Origin: a virus
Lineage: Duplodnaviria; Caudoviricetes
Strand: one strand, 5' to 3'
IMG/VR virus record: IMGVR_UViG_3300032292_000909
Location: 1-40,795 of that record
DNA: 40,795 nt
Part shown: positions 21,301-28,978 of the stretch, one piece after another
Layout: each line of letters starts with the position of its first letter
Position numbering within the stretch: position 1 is the stretch's first letter
Made by a program: the position numbers and the translations under genes
Notes under the pieces: generated by a model
Databases searched by the model: none
Told to the model about the DNA's origin: nothing
The model's input: the letters and a program-made list of their open reading frames with translations, nothing else

Positions 21301-23601
21301 TATTAGTTCAACTTGATAAATTTTATTGCGTACATTGGGATCGGTATCACCGGCAAATATCACCAATGATCCGCTAACCAAAGTGTAGCCATCAATGACA
21401 TAATTGTTCAGAACTCCATTGACATCACTGAAAGCATCTTTGATAGTAAAGTCAATGACATCAATTGGCATCTTTCCTTTGGTTCCAAAGTCAAATAATT
21501 TTATTCCTGCATTGAATTCCAAAATTGGGCGGCGGGCTCGCGCGGCCAGATCAAGCAACGGGGTTGAATTATTATAGTAAGCAGATTCTTCAAGAACTTG
21601 TCTATGAAACCAACGATTACTACGGCTCCAGGCATTGCGGCTTGCACTGGCACGGTTGATAGTAATGTAGTCAGGTTCTGCGGGAATATTGCTGCTGATA
21701 TCATAGTTTCCTATATCAAACGCAGTGACATCAAATCCCACATATAGACTTTTTGTATAAGTTTCCGGTGTAACCATATCAACCACTGGAACTAATACAA
21801 TGGCCTCGCCCACGCCTTCAACATAATATTCGTTGTTTGCATAGCTTTCTGGAACAACGTTGCCCCTGAATTGAACTATCAGCCCATTGGTAAACGCTAC
21901 ACCATTGGGACTATTGTATTGCTTCTTGCCAATGATATCTTCAATGTATAGAGTGGTATCAACGTTGGCATCAATAAGACGTATTTCTCCCACTAATGTA
22001 GGATCTAATTCATCTTGATAATACAGAACATCAAGCACTGCTGACAGCAGTGGAATTCTTTCAAAGTAATGATTATCGCTGCGATACCATTGTGTACTTG
22101 AGTACTGTGTTCCAAATGTTATGACAAATTTTTCAAAATCATGCACCAGTTGGTTGGGCACCAAGGTCATGTAAACTCTGCCGTCGTCATCGGTATTAAA
22201 TTGTATCTGCCAGATATTATACCGATCATCAAGATTGACGATTTCTAAATTTTGATCATAAAATTCTTGGTTGTATCCGCCGGTGGGATCTGCAATTTGC
22301 GTGGGGCTATACAATGTAGTGTAAGTCCATCCGCCGGCTTCGGCTGTGTTGACATCAAATCCTTGTCCTTCCAGTGATGGAATATTGAATACCAATGTAC
22401 GACCATCTAGATCGGTCACACCATCAATACCTTGGGGGTATGTTGCAAGGAAATCATCTATGTAGACATTGTTAATTTGATTAAACTTAATGTCACTTAG
22501 TATATCAACCGTGCCAATATCTGTGAGTGTGTAATAAAAATTTTGCGCAGTTTTTTTAGGAACATTGAAAGTTATGGTTCCTAGATCAGCACCGTTGTTT
22601 GAAACTCCCAATATATCACGACTTGAGATATTTGGGGTGGCTGGCATATACCCGTCAATACCTGGTTGTGCTTGAATAAAAAATCCCGGACCGGTGCCGC
22701 CATCACCATCAACAATGGTAAACTTTCCTTGCATCTGAGATGATGTTTCACTGGCATAGTACAGTGTATCCGGTGCATCTTGTGGCACTGTGAATGTTAG
22801 AGTTCCCTCTCGTGCCCCATTGTTGATTACACCAGTGCTATAAACGTTGGTGGTACCAGTTGAAGGCAACGTTTTGATCCATATAGGAAAATCTCCTTCA
22901 ATACTCAGGGTAAAAATATAGGTATTACCTCTTGTCAGAGTAATTTCAGGATTTGGTTGATAATTTATAATGTAGGCTTTGTTGCCTTGATTTGTGACTC
23001 GAAGATTAACTGTTGTTTTTCTGTTTTGTGCAACGTCAAATTGATAGGATCCGCCACGTACCAAAGTGATAATTGGGTTTTGTCCTAGAACTCCACTAAA
23101 GCTATAATATCCCGGATTACGTGTCACTGAGAGAGTATTCTGTGCTGCAATGACTCCGCCAGTGACACCCACACTCAACGGTCCTGTGGGCAGCCAATAG
23201 TACTCGGAGAAATTGATCATCATGTCATAGTTGACAAATGGATCCCAAGCATAATATTGATTAGTGTATAATCGATTGCTGCGTGTGGTGTTGGCGCCTT
23301 GTAAGTCCAGTGCATTTGAAATACCTGGATAGGTGATGGCGTCAACCACTGTGTCTGTGTCAGGTAACTTGATTACAACTGCAGGTTCAAGTTGATAGTC
23401 GGCTCGTTCTTTGCTGGGTTCAATCACATACTTTGAACCAGTGGGATCAATTCCTGGACCAATTTTTCTACCAATGTACCCTTGTGTTTTTTTATACTTG
23501 GGTTCTTGTACTAATTGATCAAGTGTGCTTGATAAAAACTGCCGATTAGTTGTAGTCTGAAAAATTTCAGGTAAAAAGTCTACGGTTCTTACTTGTGCCA
23601 T
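9367..23601 (-). CDS. Giant multidomain virion structural protein (4744 aa); gp7-like baseplate wedge position; FG-GAP repeats
   Basis: Uninterrupted 14.2-kb ORF coupled (TAATG) to gp6. Contains FG-GAP-like blades (FGFSVAIS..IYVGAPG, FGYSVACS..VLVGAPH), GGSGYT/PGVGYL tail-protein repeats, and LKEVKPYH-like LNEVKPYHVQIR. Confidence 0.75.
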   Translation of the reverse strand: MAQVRTVDFLPEIFQTTTNRQFLSSTLDQLVQEPKYKKTQGYIGRKIGPGIDPTGSKYVIEPSKERADYQLEPAVVIKLPDTDTVVDAITYPGISNALDLQGANTTRSNRLYTNQYYAWDPFVNYDMMINFSEYYWLPTGPLSVGVTGGVIAAQNTLSVTRNPGYYSFSGVLGQNPIITLVRGGSYQFDVAQNRKTTVNLRVTNQGNKAYIINYQPNPEITLTRGNTYIFTLSIEGDFPIWIKTLPSTGTTNVYSTGVINNGAREGTLTFTVPQDAPDTLYYASETSSQMQGKFTIVDGDGGTGPGFFIQAQPGIDGYMPATPNISSRDILGVSNNGADLGTITFNVPKKTAQNFYYTLTDIGTVDILSDIKFNQINNVYIDDFLATYPQGIDGVTDLDGRTLVFNIPSLEGQGFDVNTAEAGGWTYTTLYSPTQIADPTGGYNQEFYDQNLEIVNLDDRYNIWQIQFNTDDDGRVYMTLVPNQLVHDFEKFVITFGTQYSSTQWYRSDNHYFERIPLLSAVLDVLYYQDELDPTLVGEIRLIDANVDTTLYIEDIIGKKQYNSPNGVAFTNGLIVQFRGNVVPESYANNEYYVEGVGEAIVLVPVVDMVTPETYTKSLYVGFDVTAFDIGNYDISSNIPAEPDYITINRASASRNAWSRSNRWFHRQVLEESAYYNNSTPLLDLAARARRPILEFNAGIKLFDFGTKGKMPIDVIDFTIKDAFSDVNGVLNNYVIDGYTLVSGSLVIFAGDTDPNVRNKIYQVELITPDTVSPLIAEPVINLTPVANGEVNYLDTTVCLNGATRQGQSFWFDGITWQQAQEKISINQPPLFDVFDADGVALSDIIKYPSSTFAGTKLFSYAIDSAGVTDPTLGFAIKYLTINNIGDIVFDNNFYTDTFTYVNNRISSTENISMGFVHRYLDRTVFTRQIGWATAPYSSETYQQFQFTYTGAPLLLDVKVNDQIVDPYMPSTYPVLKVYVGSKFKDPGTYSYTTTALTTTINLDNSYVIGDTVIVLALSTQVSPVAFYQIPSNLENNALNQNPLTITLGTVRTHYETICQNLLDFSGTINGSNNSRDLGYIAPYGLNILQQSSPMTLLGYFLRNQDYEFFAALDYNSREYIKFKTQLLDIVASKDWGSLTVPQIFTEAISILTAGRTESNPFYWSDMLPARTVYTENVYTITPISTNSFNTNRVYDFTSSNYYGLLIYINDRLLTKDFEYIVSTDAPIVTLTLPLNVGDVVTIQEFSTTTGNFVPNTPTKMGLYPAFRPTIFLDETYVSPALVIRGHDGSITVAFQDIRDEILLEFETRIYNNLKIHSKIPIETADVIPGQFRTTEYTLTEINNFLSIDFLTWVGTNKIDYAAQQFLPTNPFTYNYSQSSNKLTGMPLLGAWRGIYEYFYDTYRPNTAPWEMLGFTDQPVWWTNTYGEGPYTSGNLVLWDDLSLGRVADPAGAYILPQYARPQLLEVLPVDAQGNLLSPLDAVVSLYSRTTFQRSWKVGDDGPVENAWRTSSSYPFTIMRLFALTKPAEFFSLFIDRDLYKYNEVLDQYLYNGRYRIGASDVEIYGLGTSKASYINWIVDYNTYLGNAATPNELSAKLKSLGVQLAYRLASFSDKNYIKMYIEKPSPNSVNTSLLLPDDGYDLLLYKNQPFGEIVYSSIIIQRVADGYSVFGYGIQQPYFDILISRPTGQTATISAGGQTVSVPVTYTDNIVSVPYGYVFGNATAVCDFILSYGQLLKQLGMVFDDVENGLTLSWRQMAQEFLYWSGQGWGPGSIVNLNPTSTTLMVTRQQAVVDSIIDRGSLTIIQDQNRRRIETQNLVVDRIDNTFKVTSLTEQTINYIDLRFTAYEQILILKNVSVFGDLIYDPITAARQGRLLFVAATTEEWNGQLNAQGFILNQNNIVEWQPNVKYTRGQIVLFKNNYYSAATIVQPKAEFDFNDWLISDYNRIQKGLLPNLANKANQLRTSYNVSSANLERDQDLLSFGLIGFRPRQYMANLNLDDISQVNVYQQFLGTKGTKYSIDLFGNANFTNVAANYVVYENWAILKGVYGAQANRSFFDIRLNQALLTSNPSTVQVINPFEFSQSDQTVYLDNLWRESYKITSPDILPVVTVEVSDVNLPSAGYVNLNDVDITVFDIDNTANINAKLNIIGVGTYIWFAKINDYDWGVYRCDNIPGYVAEVSDNLDGTSIVYFSTQHQLSVGDIIIIKFFDTAVDGVYKVLTVPSLNTITIVYQFVGTNQLSIIGRGVGLILQSVRVAQPSDIENLPHVNDLRTGSLVWVDNSGDGNWVVLEKQEPWTYSQYIDPSRGSGAQWGLAIAQTQNNIVSLLAAPYLSTGIIYQYSVNSLGLFAEGSTTSLNATSVSAYGRSVVIGNNSWGVAGAPNSANYVGYATVLEYIGQNQAFSNSQLLVALDQPGPGEFGFSVAISYDERWIYVGAPGVNAVYAYGQVPVPIQVVTHTTDGVTVKFSTTGIQYNSVDQLDVYVENRPQTLNLDYTATLSYITFNELIGPGQTVYINRRQRVQLDFYQYLDLSQDAATGAGFDAKFNVDITRGVYSVTLANAGTNYSIGEIVTIYGANLGGSTPANNCYITITDTTFAGNIIDFTVSGSRPSTVDRFSISQYLYTAENISSFTVSVNGTMQRPKLDYEWERSDSSLPDSTLNDYDLVFVTSPAAGAEIVVVAGTYYAYAAKISVSGLTLGARFGYSVACSADGSQVLVGAPHENYNNVSRSGAMYVFDRNIQRFIVDEIADTTTFTVNGSLTYPTSVAVNGEYFNNTAQWGDVPNTFTVNYAGDIFTTASSVTVNQQLNLGTVVDVETNLFTQVQKIVSHTTGENAYFGQQVTFGLFDSNAIASSPSAAINAQQQGTVDVNLNQSRLYGTITSTVASPSLTAGNTLRINNFEVAVPASPNNNVSGLASAINAAGIPNVIAAVSASSGLITIDLINKTAATSYQKLLVLPGAVGTGVTSVYTALGFIDFVYSQTLVSPYISDQARFGASIFTQGLELIIGSPGGTPHIIETFDGGDTYFDANSTQFYQDIDMAGVVYQFDYLNSANESIMNPGAYVYGQQIYYSNAQTNDQFGEAVNYTSTALMAGSPGVEFDGVLNNGAITVYRNNNQDPAWSIRHYQAPAVNIYAINSVTLYDRLQSARTQFLDFFDPLQGKILGAVKQNLDYIGTFDPAGYNNGNFNNQGNPWGGSKVGLIWWDTSSVRFVDPGQDDIVYASRRWGQVFPGSSVDVYQWIESDVPPADYTGLGNPYSILSYSVGATLNSSGAFVTSYYYWVKGITTVSTATKKTLSVEALARYIEAPIASGIPYIAPLTPSCIAIYNSQTYFNAFDTIIHIEFDREINDANVHTEFQLLAQGKASSFLAPALYRKLQDSFCGVDLQGNAVPDVGLSPAERYGVQFRPRQSMFVNRYLALQNYITHTNNILQLYPIAESRTLTLLESEEPIPAAAGNWNEAVANLEELSWQNILIVPLGYNYLVLSDSDNSGLWTIYTVEANSVGIRRLVLTRVQSYDTKAYWSYVNWYSPGFNQTIAPSIEVASYAELITLVVPVGTVVLVTANSQGKFEIYQLSDTGWQRVGLQDGTIQISTGIWNYAEGKLGFDGEVFDAQYFDETPQIETRKIIQSINEELFIDELLIERNTLMTLMFNFILTEQLAPDWLMKTSLIDVDHTIRELLPYPTYRRDNQDFVLDYLNEVKPYHVQIREFNLRYNGFDLYTGDIADFDLPAFYDTAVSPAQYVSPILSNSETGTSYFPSNAAIWQTNPWDQWFGNYKLFVEQIVIIDGGSGYTSSPTVYITGDATTAAVATASIDSAGTVTTINLINPGVGYLTSAVVTIIGGNGTGARAVAYMTNGLIRSIKTTIKFDRCEYSSNILQWEPNITFDNGQLVRYADKIWAADSPDSTGVNTPTFDPADWILVPINDLSGVDRTMGYYVAGVNQPGRELPLLIDGVDYPGVQVAGVPFEYDTGFDHGPFDATPWDNIDFGPEGRPTYSNTILDAQYESQFLDVYLGTRPDDVNVSGGAFVDTYSSHAPQELVPGQEFDTLDLRVYTRPGSDWSSSGHGFAILQQRAEYDPENPTIDWSQIGLTANINTLHPSAVRMSNATTGLVLYNLGGGEQFSVDYVNQTVTVSPMAASAGDILIITVYQVGGGNQLLQANYNGADVGLRLEISVAYAEIYELVIFVNGVLLVEGTDYEYSSLLGFATLVEFNIILTSADAITLTAMGYETPQHSWSLPETQIIVVPPIAPFAAVLTYELTNPLPGSNIDNAYVTVNGIEIRPSEGIEWYGDGSSAEFLLPDRGGYSQGLIADNEVHVYVDDVAQVLGSDFTVVPWDGFSRRSVLLTYVPTIGARVLICVNTKADYVIADAEITFRPSGSFGLQPGDIISVTTWNDTSQQGIIQLVWAGPITTGGVAYEKFDAYPFDFGSTTGEPGSYDYSEGVILAYNDFNLNRVFQVDQRMIVSYNGQCLFNGLDYTLSQEDGTTYLVLPFTIGPTDVVVATLFTNAIVPEALAFRIFQDMRGLQATYRILPSTTTELREFASYDDDILYVVDAGACSVPALSQNIWGVVTINGERIMYRERDLENNTLSGLLRGTAGTAAADHLPGASVYSMGRESVLTEGYEDTFIYTSTLSGFQQRTYSAPNVNLLDIDSTEYNEALRVYLGGEYVPSTLYTIDSPNPATITFYDYPDPGVEVTLGVLRSLSWYRPGPNTASNGYPLQVQTTVAARFLRGDRGQL

Positions 23602-26600
23602 TAAATTACTCCACTGCCAGGTGCTGTTCTAATATTAGTACTTGTCAATGCTTCAATAACTTCAACGTCTGCCACTGTGGCAGCATTAACAAAAATCTCG
23701 TTGGGTGCTGATCTGATCTCGTACAAATCACCAAAACTCTTCTGTGTGTTCACAGGCACTAATACCACAGAACTCACAATAGTACCAATCTGCGAATGGA
23801 TGTATGCAGCCAATTCAGAGAAATAAAAGGTATCACCAAAATTCCACTTGTCAATGGTAAAATAGGTATTGAGGTTTGCCACCACAAGATTTTTAATTTC
23901 ACTGACACTGGCTGTGCTGTTAGAAGCTCTAATGACTTTAATAGTGGCTCGTAATTCAGGTGCAGCCTTGGCACCAAACAAAGGTTTGAACACCACTGAA
24001 TTCAATATTAGATTATCTGAAATCATTTTGTAATCTTGCAATTTTTGGAATTCAGTAGTCAGTTCATCAATGGTGGGCACCAATGGTTCTACCACAGTAC
24101 CTGTGGAATCTTTGATCCAATTTTGATATGCTGTGTAGTAAATTTGCGTGACCACATAGACATCAATGATGTTGGTTATTGATGGATCAATGCGATTTGT
24201 CAGCAAACTATTGTGGCGATATTGATAATATAGATCTTGGCGACCAGTGCGAGCTAAAAATTCTGTGTTCACTGTCAGGGTTCGTGTGCCGTCAGTGCCA
24301 ATACCCAACACATAGAACACTTGGTCTTGATAGGCATAGAACACCTGACCATCTAAGTATTGGCTTTTGATTGTTTCAAGTTCTGACAGCGTGGAATATT
24401 GATAGTTTACACGACCCTGTTCAACTAGAAGATAGCGTTGCAAATTATCAAAGTCAACTGTGGACTCTAAGAACACCAGTGGACCGCTTTGTCCCACAGT
24501 GGGATCTGGGCCAACTATGGTTGAAAAAAAGTCTGGATCGTCTGCTGCACCATCTTGATCTGAATCTTGGAAACTCACATTGACTTGGAAATCATCAACA
24601 TATCCATCACTTTGCACTGGCTGTGCAATGATTTGCATTGTGACATCACCGGTCAGTGGTGAGTTACTTTCAGGCTGGCTGTTGGTTTTTAATACACGAA
24701 TAAAGTCCTTGATCACTGATCCAATTCGTGAATCGTAAATGGCTACATTTTCTTCAAAGAAGAATCGCGTTTGTAAAACTGATGCAAAGTAATAAGTGAG
24801 CTCACGTGCTGTCACTGAATATTGTGTGCCGTCAGTGATAAATTCAAGCAGCCAGCTTGAATCGTTGTATGTCCCTGATGTACTTTGTTGATTGACAAGG
24901 CTGAATTCTCCCGTGGCATCAAGATTAGTTTGAGTAATGATGTACCATGTTGAAGTGAGGTTATTATAGCCAAGGCCAAAGTTGCGGTATAATCTGATTA
25001 ATTCAATGACCTGTTGTACCAAACTTGATGGCAATTCTGTTAAAAATAATGGAATGACTTGAGTTGGAATAGCACCAGTGGGAATATAGTTATTCAATGC
25101 CACTGGTCCAGTGCCATCAGTGAGATTGCCTTTTCCTTGGTTAGTACCATCAAGCACTACATTTGTGACTGTGGCCCAAAGGTATGATTTATCGGTGTCG
25201 GCGGTTGCAATGCCAGACACCAAATGGTTGTATTGGTTAAAGTAGAATCCATCAGGTGCGACAAATTTAACCAAGGCATTTTTTACAACATACTGCATGT
25301 TGTTGCTTGCAAAGCCTCCAATTGGCACTGGTTGTCCAATGCTGTTTTCAAAGTAACCTGTGCAAAGGTTGGTCAGTGCCGTGCTTTGATTCCAACTATA
25401 ATTTAAAACAGCAAGGTTGGGACGAATAAAATTTGCGTAGTAAAATTGCAGCAGTCCGGCTTGTGTCAACAACGGCTGTACTTTGTTGGCCACCGCGTCT
25501 GAAATGTCATTGGTTGTAAACCACGAAAATTGGAAGGTTGGCAATGTATTGTATTTGTATAGGCCGCCGTCGCTGCCAAATACATTTGTTGATGCATACT
25601 TGTTGGTGTTGTCAACTAACTCAAGATATCTTGAGGTGCCCACTGCACTGCGAGCCAGGGCCTTTGATTTAATAATTTGATTGTACAAAGTAAATGGGAA
25701 AATATTGTAATCTTCTCCATTGACCATACGATTCTGTGTGTAATAACGTGCTGGTGCTCGTTGTTTGATTTCATCAATGGCTTCGCGCTGCTGTGAATTG
25801 CTCACTGGCGTTTGTAGCGACACTGTGAATGTCATGGTTTCAATTCGGCCGGTGCGACTCACGTAGCTGATTGGCAAAACAATGCTTTGCATTTCATCAG
25901 GATTGATGATATACTCAAGCCCGTTTGAACTGCGCACGTAGGTTCTAAAAGTGCCCACTGGAATCGCCGAAAACACACCGTCACCAAACACCAACGAAAT
26001 CTGATCGTTGCTGCGACTGTTTATTGAATATATTTTTCTAAGCCCTGATGCCGAAGTATCGGGTGCTGCAGTGTACACACTTTCAACGTATGCCCATTCA
26101 GTGTTGAGACTGCCAATGTCGTCAAGCTGATACAACCAATGATCTTCGTTGTTGATGCCGTCAATATTGATGGCCACCTGACGATTGCTGACTCTTTCAG
26201 GCAAGTTGAAATCAGCTGACTGCAGATTTCCTTGCTTAAAATAAAAGAAGAATCCAGTGTTGTTAGATGAAAACCCTAGTTGGTCATTGCGATATAAAAC
26301 ATTAAATGCACCATTGGGCTTTGGAGCTGGTTCATACAGATATGATTTACCTGAAGATGTCACATTGACTGCTTCAAATGGCATATTGACCCCGTCTACT
26401 GTGGCAGTGTAGGGAACCACAGGCAAGAATCCTTGCACTAGATTCAGTGTGTACTCATCGGTTTTTACGCCCAGCAAGTCTGCGGTGTTGCCTGGGTTGC
26501 CATATCTCTGTGTGTTGACAAAAGCAGCATTGATAATTGATACAAATTGTTCAAACCAGTCAGGATTTGTGGGGTCGTTCCAGTTCACTGTGATGTTGGA

Positions 26601-27011
26601 TAAATTCACACCATTGTAATCTGTAACGCCTTCGGTGGTTGACACAGCAGTGACTTTGACCAGTCCCTGTGCAGCTTCGTTGCGTTTGGCAGTGTAACTG
26701 ACCAATGAAGCCAGTTGATTTACTGAATCTCTGCGTTCAGCAGTGTCTATGTAGTTTTCACGGGCATTTAAATCTGAACGGAACGCCAACGACTGTCCCA
26801 TAAACGCCATGACATCCAGCAATGCAATGAACTCTGAACTTTCAATGTAATCATTAAAAGTTTCTGGATAATACAAGCGCAAATAGTCTACGAAACTCTT
26901 GCGTAGAGTTTCAAAATCGTAGCTTTGAAAGTCAGCTTCGCGATAAGTCTGATAGATCTGTTTCCAGTCTTCGACTCCAAAAATAACGGTTTGTCTGGTA
27001 GTTTTAGCCAT
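23601..27011 (-). CDS. Baseplate wedge protein, T4 gp6 / baseplate J-like
   Basis: DFETLRKSFVDYL...FNDY...ENYIDTAERRDSV..LA..VSY N-terminus and EAIDEIKQRAPARYYTQNRMVNGEDY. Follows the gp25-like gene. Confidence 0.85.
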   Translation of the reverse strand: MAKTTRQTVIFGVEDWKQIYQTYREADFQSYDFETLRKSFVDYLRLYYPETFNDYIESSEFIALLDVMAFMGQSLAFRSDLNARENYIDTAERRDSVNQLASLVSYTAKRNEAAQGLVKVTAVSTTEGVTDYNGVNLSNITVNWNDPTNPDWFEQFVSIINAAFVNTQRYGNPGNTADLLGVKTDEYTLNLVQGFLPVVPYTATVDGVNMPFEAVNVTSSGKSYLYEPAPKPNGAFNVLYRNDQLGFSSNNTGFFFYFKQGNLQSADFNLPERVSNRQVAINIDGINNEDHWLYQLDDIGSLNTEWAYVESVYTAAPDTSASGLRKIYSINSRSNDQISLVFGDGVFSAIPVGTFRTYVRSSNGLEYIINPDEMQSIVLPISYVSRTGRIETMTFTVSLQTPVSNSQQREAIDEIKQRAPARYYTQNRMVNGEDYNIFPFTLYNQIIKSKALARSAVGTSRYLELVDNTNKYASTNVFGSDGGLYKYNTLPTFQFSWFTTNDISDAVANKVQPLLTQAGLLQFYYANFIRPNLAVLNYSWNQSTALTNLCTGYFENSIGQPVPIGGFASNNMQYVVKNALVKFVAPDGFYFNQYNHLVSGIATADTDKSYLWATVTNVVLDGTNQGKGNLTDGTGPVALNNYIPTGAIPTQVIPLFLTELPSSLVQQVIELIRLYRNFGLGYNNLTSTWYIITQTNLDATGEFSLVNQQSTSGTYNDSSWLLEFITDGTQYSVTARELTYYFASVLQTRFFFEENVAIYDSRIGSVIKDFIRVLKTNSQPESNSPLTGDVTMQIIAQPVQSDGYVDDFQVNVSFQDSDQDGAADDPDFFSTIVGPDPTVGQSGPLVFLESTVDFDNLQRYLLVEQGRVNYQYSTLSELETIKSQYLDGQVFYAYQDQVFYVLGIGTDGTRTLTVNTEFLARTGRQDLYYQYRHNSLLTNRIDPSITNIIDVYVVTQIYYTAYQNWIKDSTGTVVEPLVPTIDELTTEFQKLQDYKMISDNLILNSVVFKPLFGAKAAPELRATIKVIRASNSTASVSEIKNLVVANLNTYFTIDKWNFGDTFYFSELAAYIHSQIGTIVSSVVLVPVNTQKSFGDLYEIRSAPNEIFVNAATVADVEVIEALTSTNIRTAPGSGVI

Positions 27012-27028
27012 AGTAGTATATTATTTTG

Positions 27029-27036
27029 TATTTATG
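27029..27036 (-). promoter_or_regulatory. Putative late promoter (CATAAATA)
   Basis: Intergenic, 17 nt upstream of the gp6 ATG, 7/8 match to TATAAATA, preceded by a T6 tract. Confidence 0.6.
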
Positions 27037-27054
27037 GCCCAAAAAACCACGCGG

Positions 27055-27429
27055 TTATATGTAACTGGCTCGGCGTGTTTCTTGATCAAAGAATATGGAT
27101 AGACGTTCGGCGGTGGTGCTGGGCACTATTTGTATCTGCAATTCAATTAAGATACCATTCTGCTGAGGATATTGATACATGTTGTAGATTTTTAATCTAG
27201 GGTCTCCACCTGCAACTCGCTGAACTTCATTTTTGATGGCAGTTTCTACTTCCAAGGTCTGCGGCTCAAACAAAAAATCCCACAATGCTGTGCCATAATC
27301 TGGACGTCCCACTAGTTCGCCCTGGCGAATATTAAAAGCATTGAGGAGGTCACGCTTGACCAGCTGGTAATCAACTAGCGTGAACTTTTTGTACTGATTA
27401 ATAGTGCTGTAGCCAATAAATGTTGTCAT
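27055..27429 (-). CDS. Baseplate wedge protein, T4 gp25-like
   Basis: LVKRDLLNAFNIRQGELVGRPDYGTALWDFLFEP...DPRL is the gp25/GPW signature. 124 aa. Confidence 0.88.
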   Translation of the reverse strand: MTTFIGYSTINQYKKFTLVDYQLVKRDLLNAFNIRQGELVGRPDYGTALWDFLFEPQTLEVETAIKNEVQRVAGGDPRLKIYNMYQYPQQNGILIELQIQIVPSTTAERLSIFFDQETRRASYI

Positions 27430-27434
27430 ATTTT

Positions 27435-28976
27435 TTAGTAATAGAGTAAAGCAGGATACTTGTCCACCAATGCGTTCAACGTGTTAATCACTGATCTATA
27501 CTTATTTAAGTCTGCTTCCCACTTGTCTCTAGCAGCGACGACCTGTAGATCATCGCGCCCATATATGCTTCGTAAGCGATTGTACTCTTGATCGTCAAAG
27601 TCAACCTGTCTGCCCAATGTTGCTTTTTCTTCTGTGAGTCGTTTAAATTCAGCTTGATCAGACGCCGACGGTTCATCAAGGACTCCGGTGCTGACCACAG
27701 ACGGAGCTGCGGTTGGCGCCGCTGCAGCGACTGGTTGTCCATAATCTATTGAGGGTACTTTGGCATCGCCAATAAATGCCGTCACTGATTGATTCAACAC
27801 TTTGCGATTCACTGTGTTGAATGCAGGCACAGCAGATTGTACTCCGGCTGCGGCTGCTGGTACTTTTGAATCTGTGAAATTCACTGCAAACTGCCCTTGT
27901 TTGGCAACATTATTGAGTTGCTGCACAATGCCTGCTGGTGATGCGCCCTTGGCCCAGGCCGCTGCAGCCGCTGCTCCAAATTTTCCTGCAGTTTGTACTA
28001 GACTACCTAACTGTGCTGATGTGGCGCCATCAGGAATTAATCCAGACTTATTCAACGATTTAAATCCATTTTCCAATAGGTTGACTTGAACTGCTGCTTG
28101 TTTGTTTGCATCGCCAAGAAGACTTCCTAGATTACCAACGCCATCTTTGCCGGTCCATACTGTAGAAGTTTTTAACACATCTTGAATTTGTCGATTGGTG
28201 GCCACTTGCTCGGCTGTGATACTTCCACCTGATGCGTTGATTTTCTGTGCTTCTTGAATATCAGCGCCGGTGACCGGTGCGTTTTTTCCGTACTGTGCCA
28301 GTGTGCCAGGTTTTAAAAATCCTGATGATTCTAATTGAGTTGGGTTGATACCAAACTTACCAATACCTTGTGACAGTGAATAGTCAGTGCTGGCCTGCCC
28401 GGCTGCCGAAGCACTTTGTGCCATTAGTCCTTGTACTTGTTTGATATCAAGTGCACCAATTTTTTTTGCAACACCAGTGCCTACCTTGACAAAGTCGGCT
28501 ACATTCATCCCTTTGCCAACTGGCACCCCGGTTAGGCTACCCACTTTGCTGGCCAAGTTTGACACGCCCGACAGTGCAGATTTTCCCAATTGACTGGCGG
28601 CCGACAGCAGGCCGCCGCTAAATTGAGTCAATGCACTCAACGATTGTCCTTTTTGCAAACCAGTGAGGCTTCCGGTACTGGCCTGCTGATCAAAAATAGC
28701 TCGTGCTTGAGCTTCGGTGGTTCCAGCAGGTGCATTGACTATGAAATTTTCTCCACCAAAATTAAAATTAAATTTAGTACTTGAACCTGATGCAGTTCCA
28801 GTGGCCGGAGTATATTGTTGATAAGGTGTGTAGGATTTACCATCATCTGCGGGCTTTGGAAGTCCTATATCAGCTAGACCTGGCAATCCTTGTTTTATTC
28901 GTTCGGCATTGACACGACTCCAGACAATGGGGTCGTCTCCAGTGTAAACTAATTTGTTATCAGCTGTGTATTCCAT
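27435..28976 (-). CDS. Probable baseplate-associated virion protein (Ala/Gly-rich, C-terminal coiled coil)
   Basis: 513-aa ORF between the spike and gp25. Central GIGKFGINPTQLESSGFLKPG segment. Function not determined. Confidence 0.55.
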   Translation of the reverse strand: MEYTADNKLVYTGDDPIVWSRVNAERIKQGLPGLADIGLPKPADDGKSYTPYQQYTPATGTASGSSTKFNFNFGGENFIVNAPAGTTEAQARAIFDQQASTGSLTGLQKGQSLSALTQFSGGLLSAASQLGKSALSGVSNLASKVGSLTGVPVGKGMNVADFVKVGTGVAKKIGALDIKQVQGLMAQSASAAGQASTDYSLSQGIGKFGINPTQLESSGFLKPGTLAQYGKNAPVTGADIQEAQKINASGGSITAEQVATNRQIQDVLKTSTVWTGKDGVGNLGSLLGDANKQAAVQVNLLENGFKSLNKSGLIPDGATSAQLGSLVQTAGKFGAAAAAAWAKGASPAGIVQQLNNVAKQGQFAVNFTDSKVPAAAAGVQSAVPAFNTVNRKVLNQSVTAFIGDAKVPSIDYGQPVAAAAPTAAPSVVSTGVLDEPSASDQAEFKRLTEEKATLGRQVDFDDQEYNRLRSIYGRDDLQVVAARDKWEADLNKYRSVINTLNALVDKYPALLYY

Positions 28977-28978
28977 GG

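Noticed and set aside
9367-23601. Intein, intron or diversity-generating retroelement target in the giant ORF
   Set aside because: No intein terminal motifs, LAGLIDADG or HNH motifs, reverse transcriptase gene or near-identical template/variable repeat pair were noticed by eye.
27039-27057. AACC-GCGT-GGTT-TTTT mini-hairpin after gp25 as a terminator
   Set aside because: The stem is only 4 bp. The T-run is better explained as part of the T-tract plus TAAATA pattern, although weak termination cannot be excluded.
27503-27508. TAAATA inside the 513-aa gene upstream of gp25
   Set aside because: It lies within coding sequence, lacks the T-tract, and a hexamer like this is expected by chance in AT-rich DNA.
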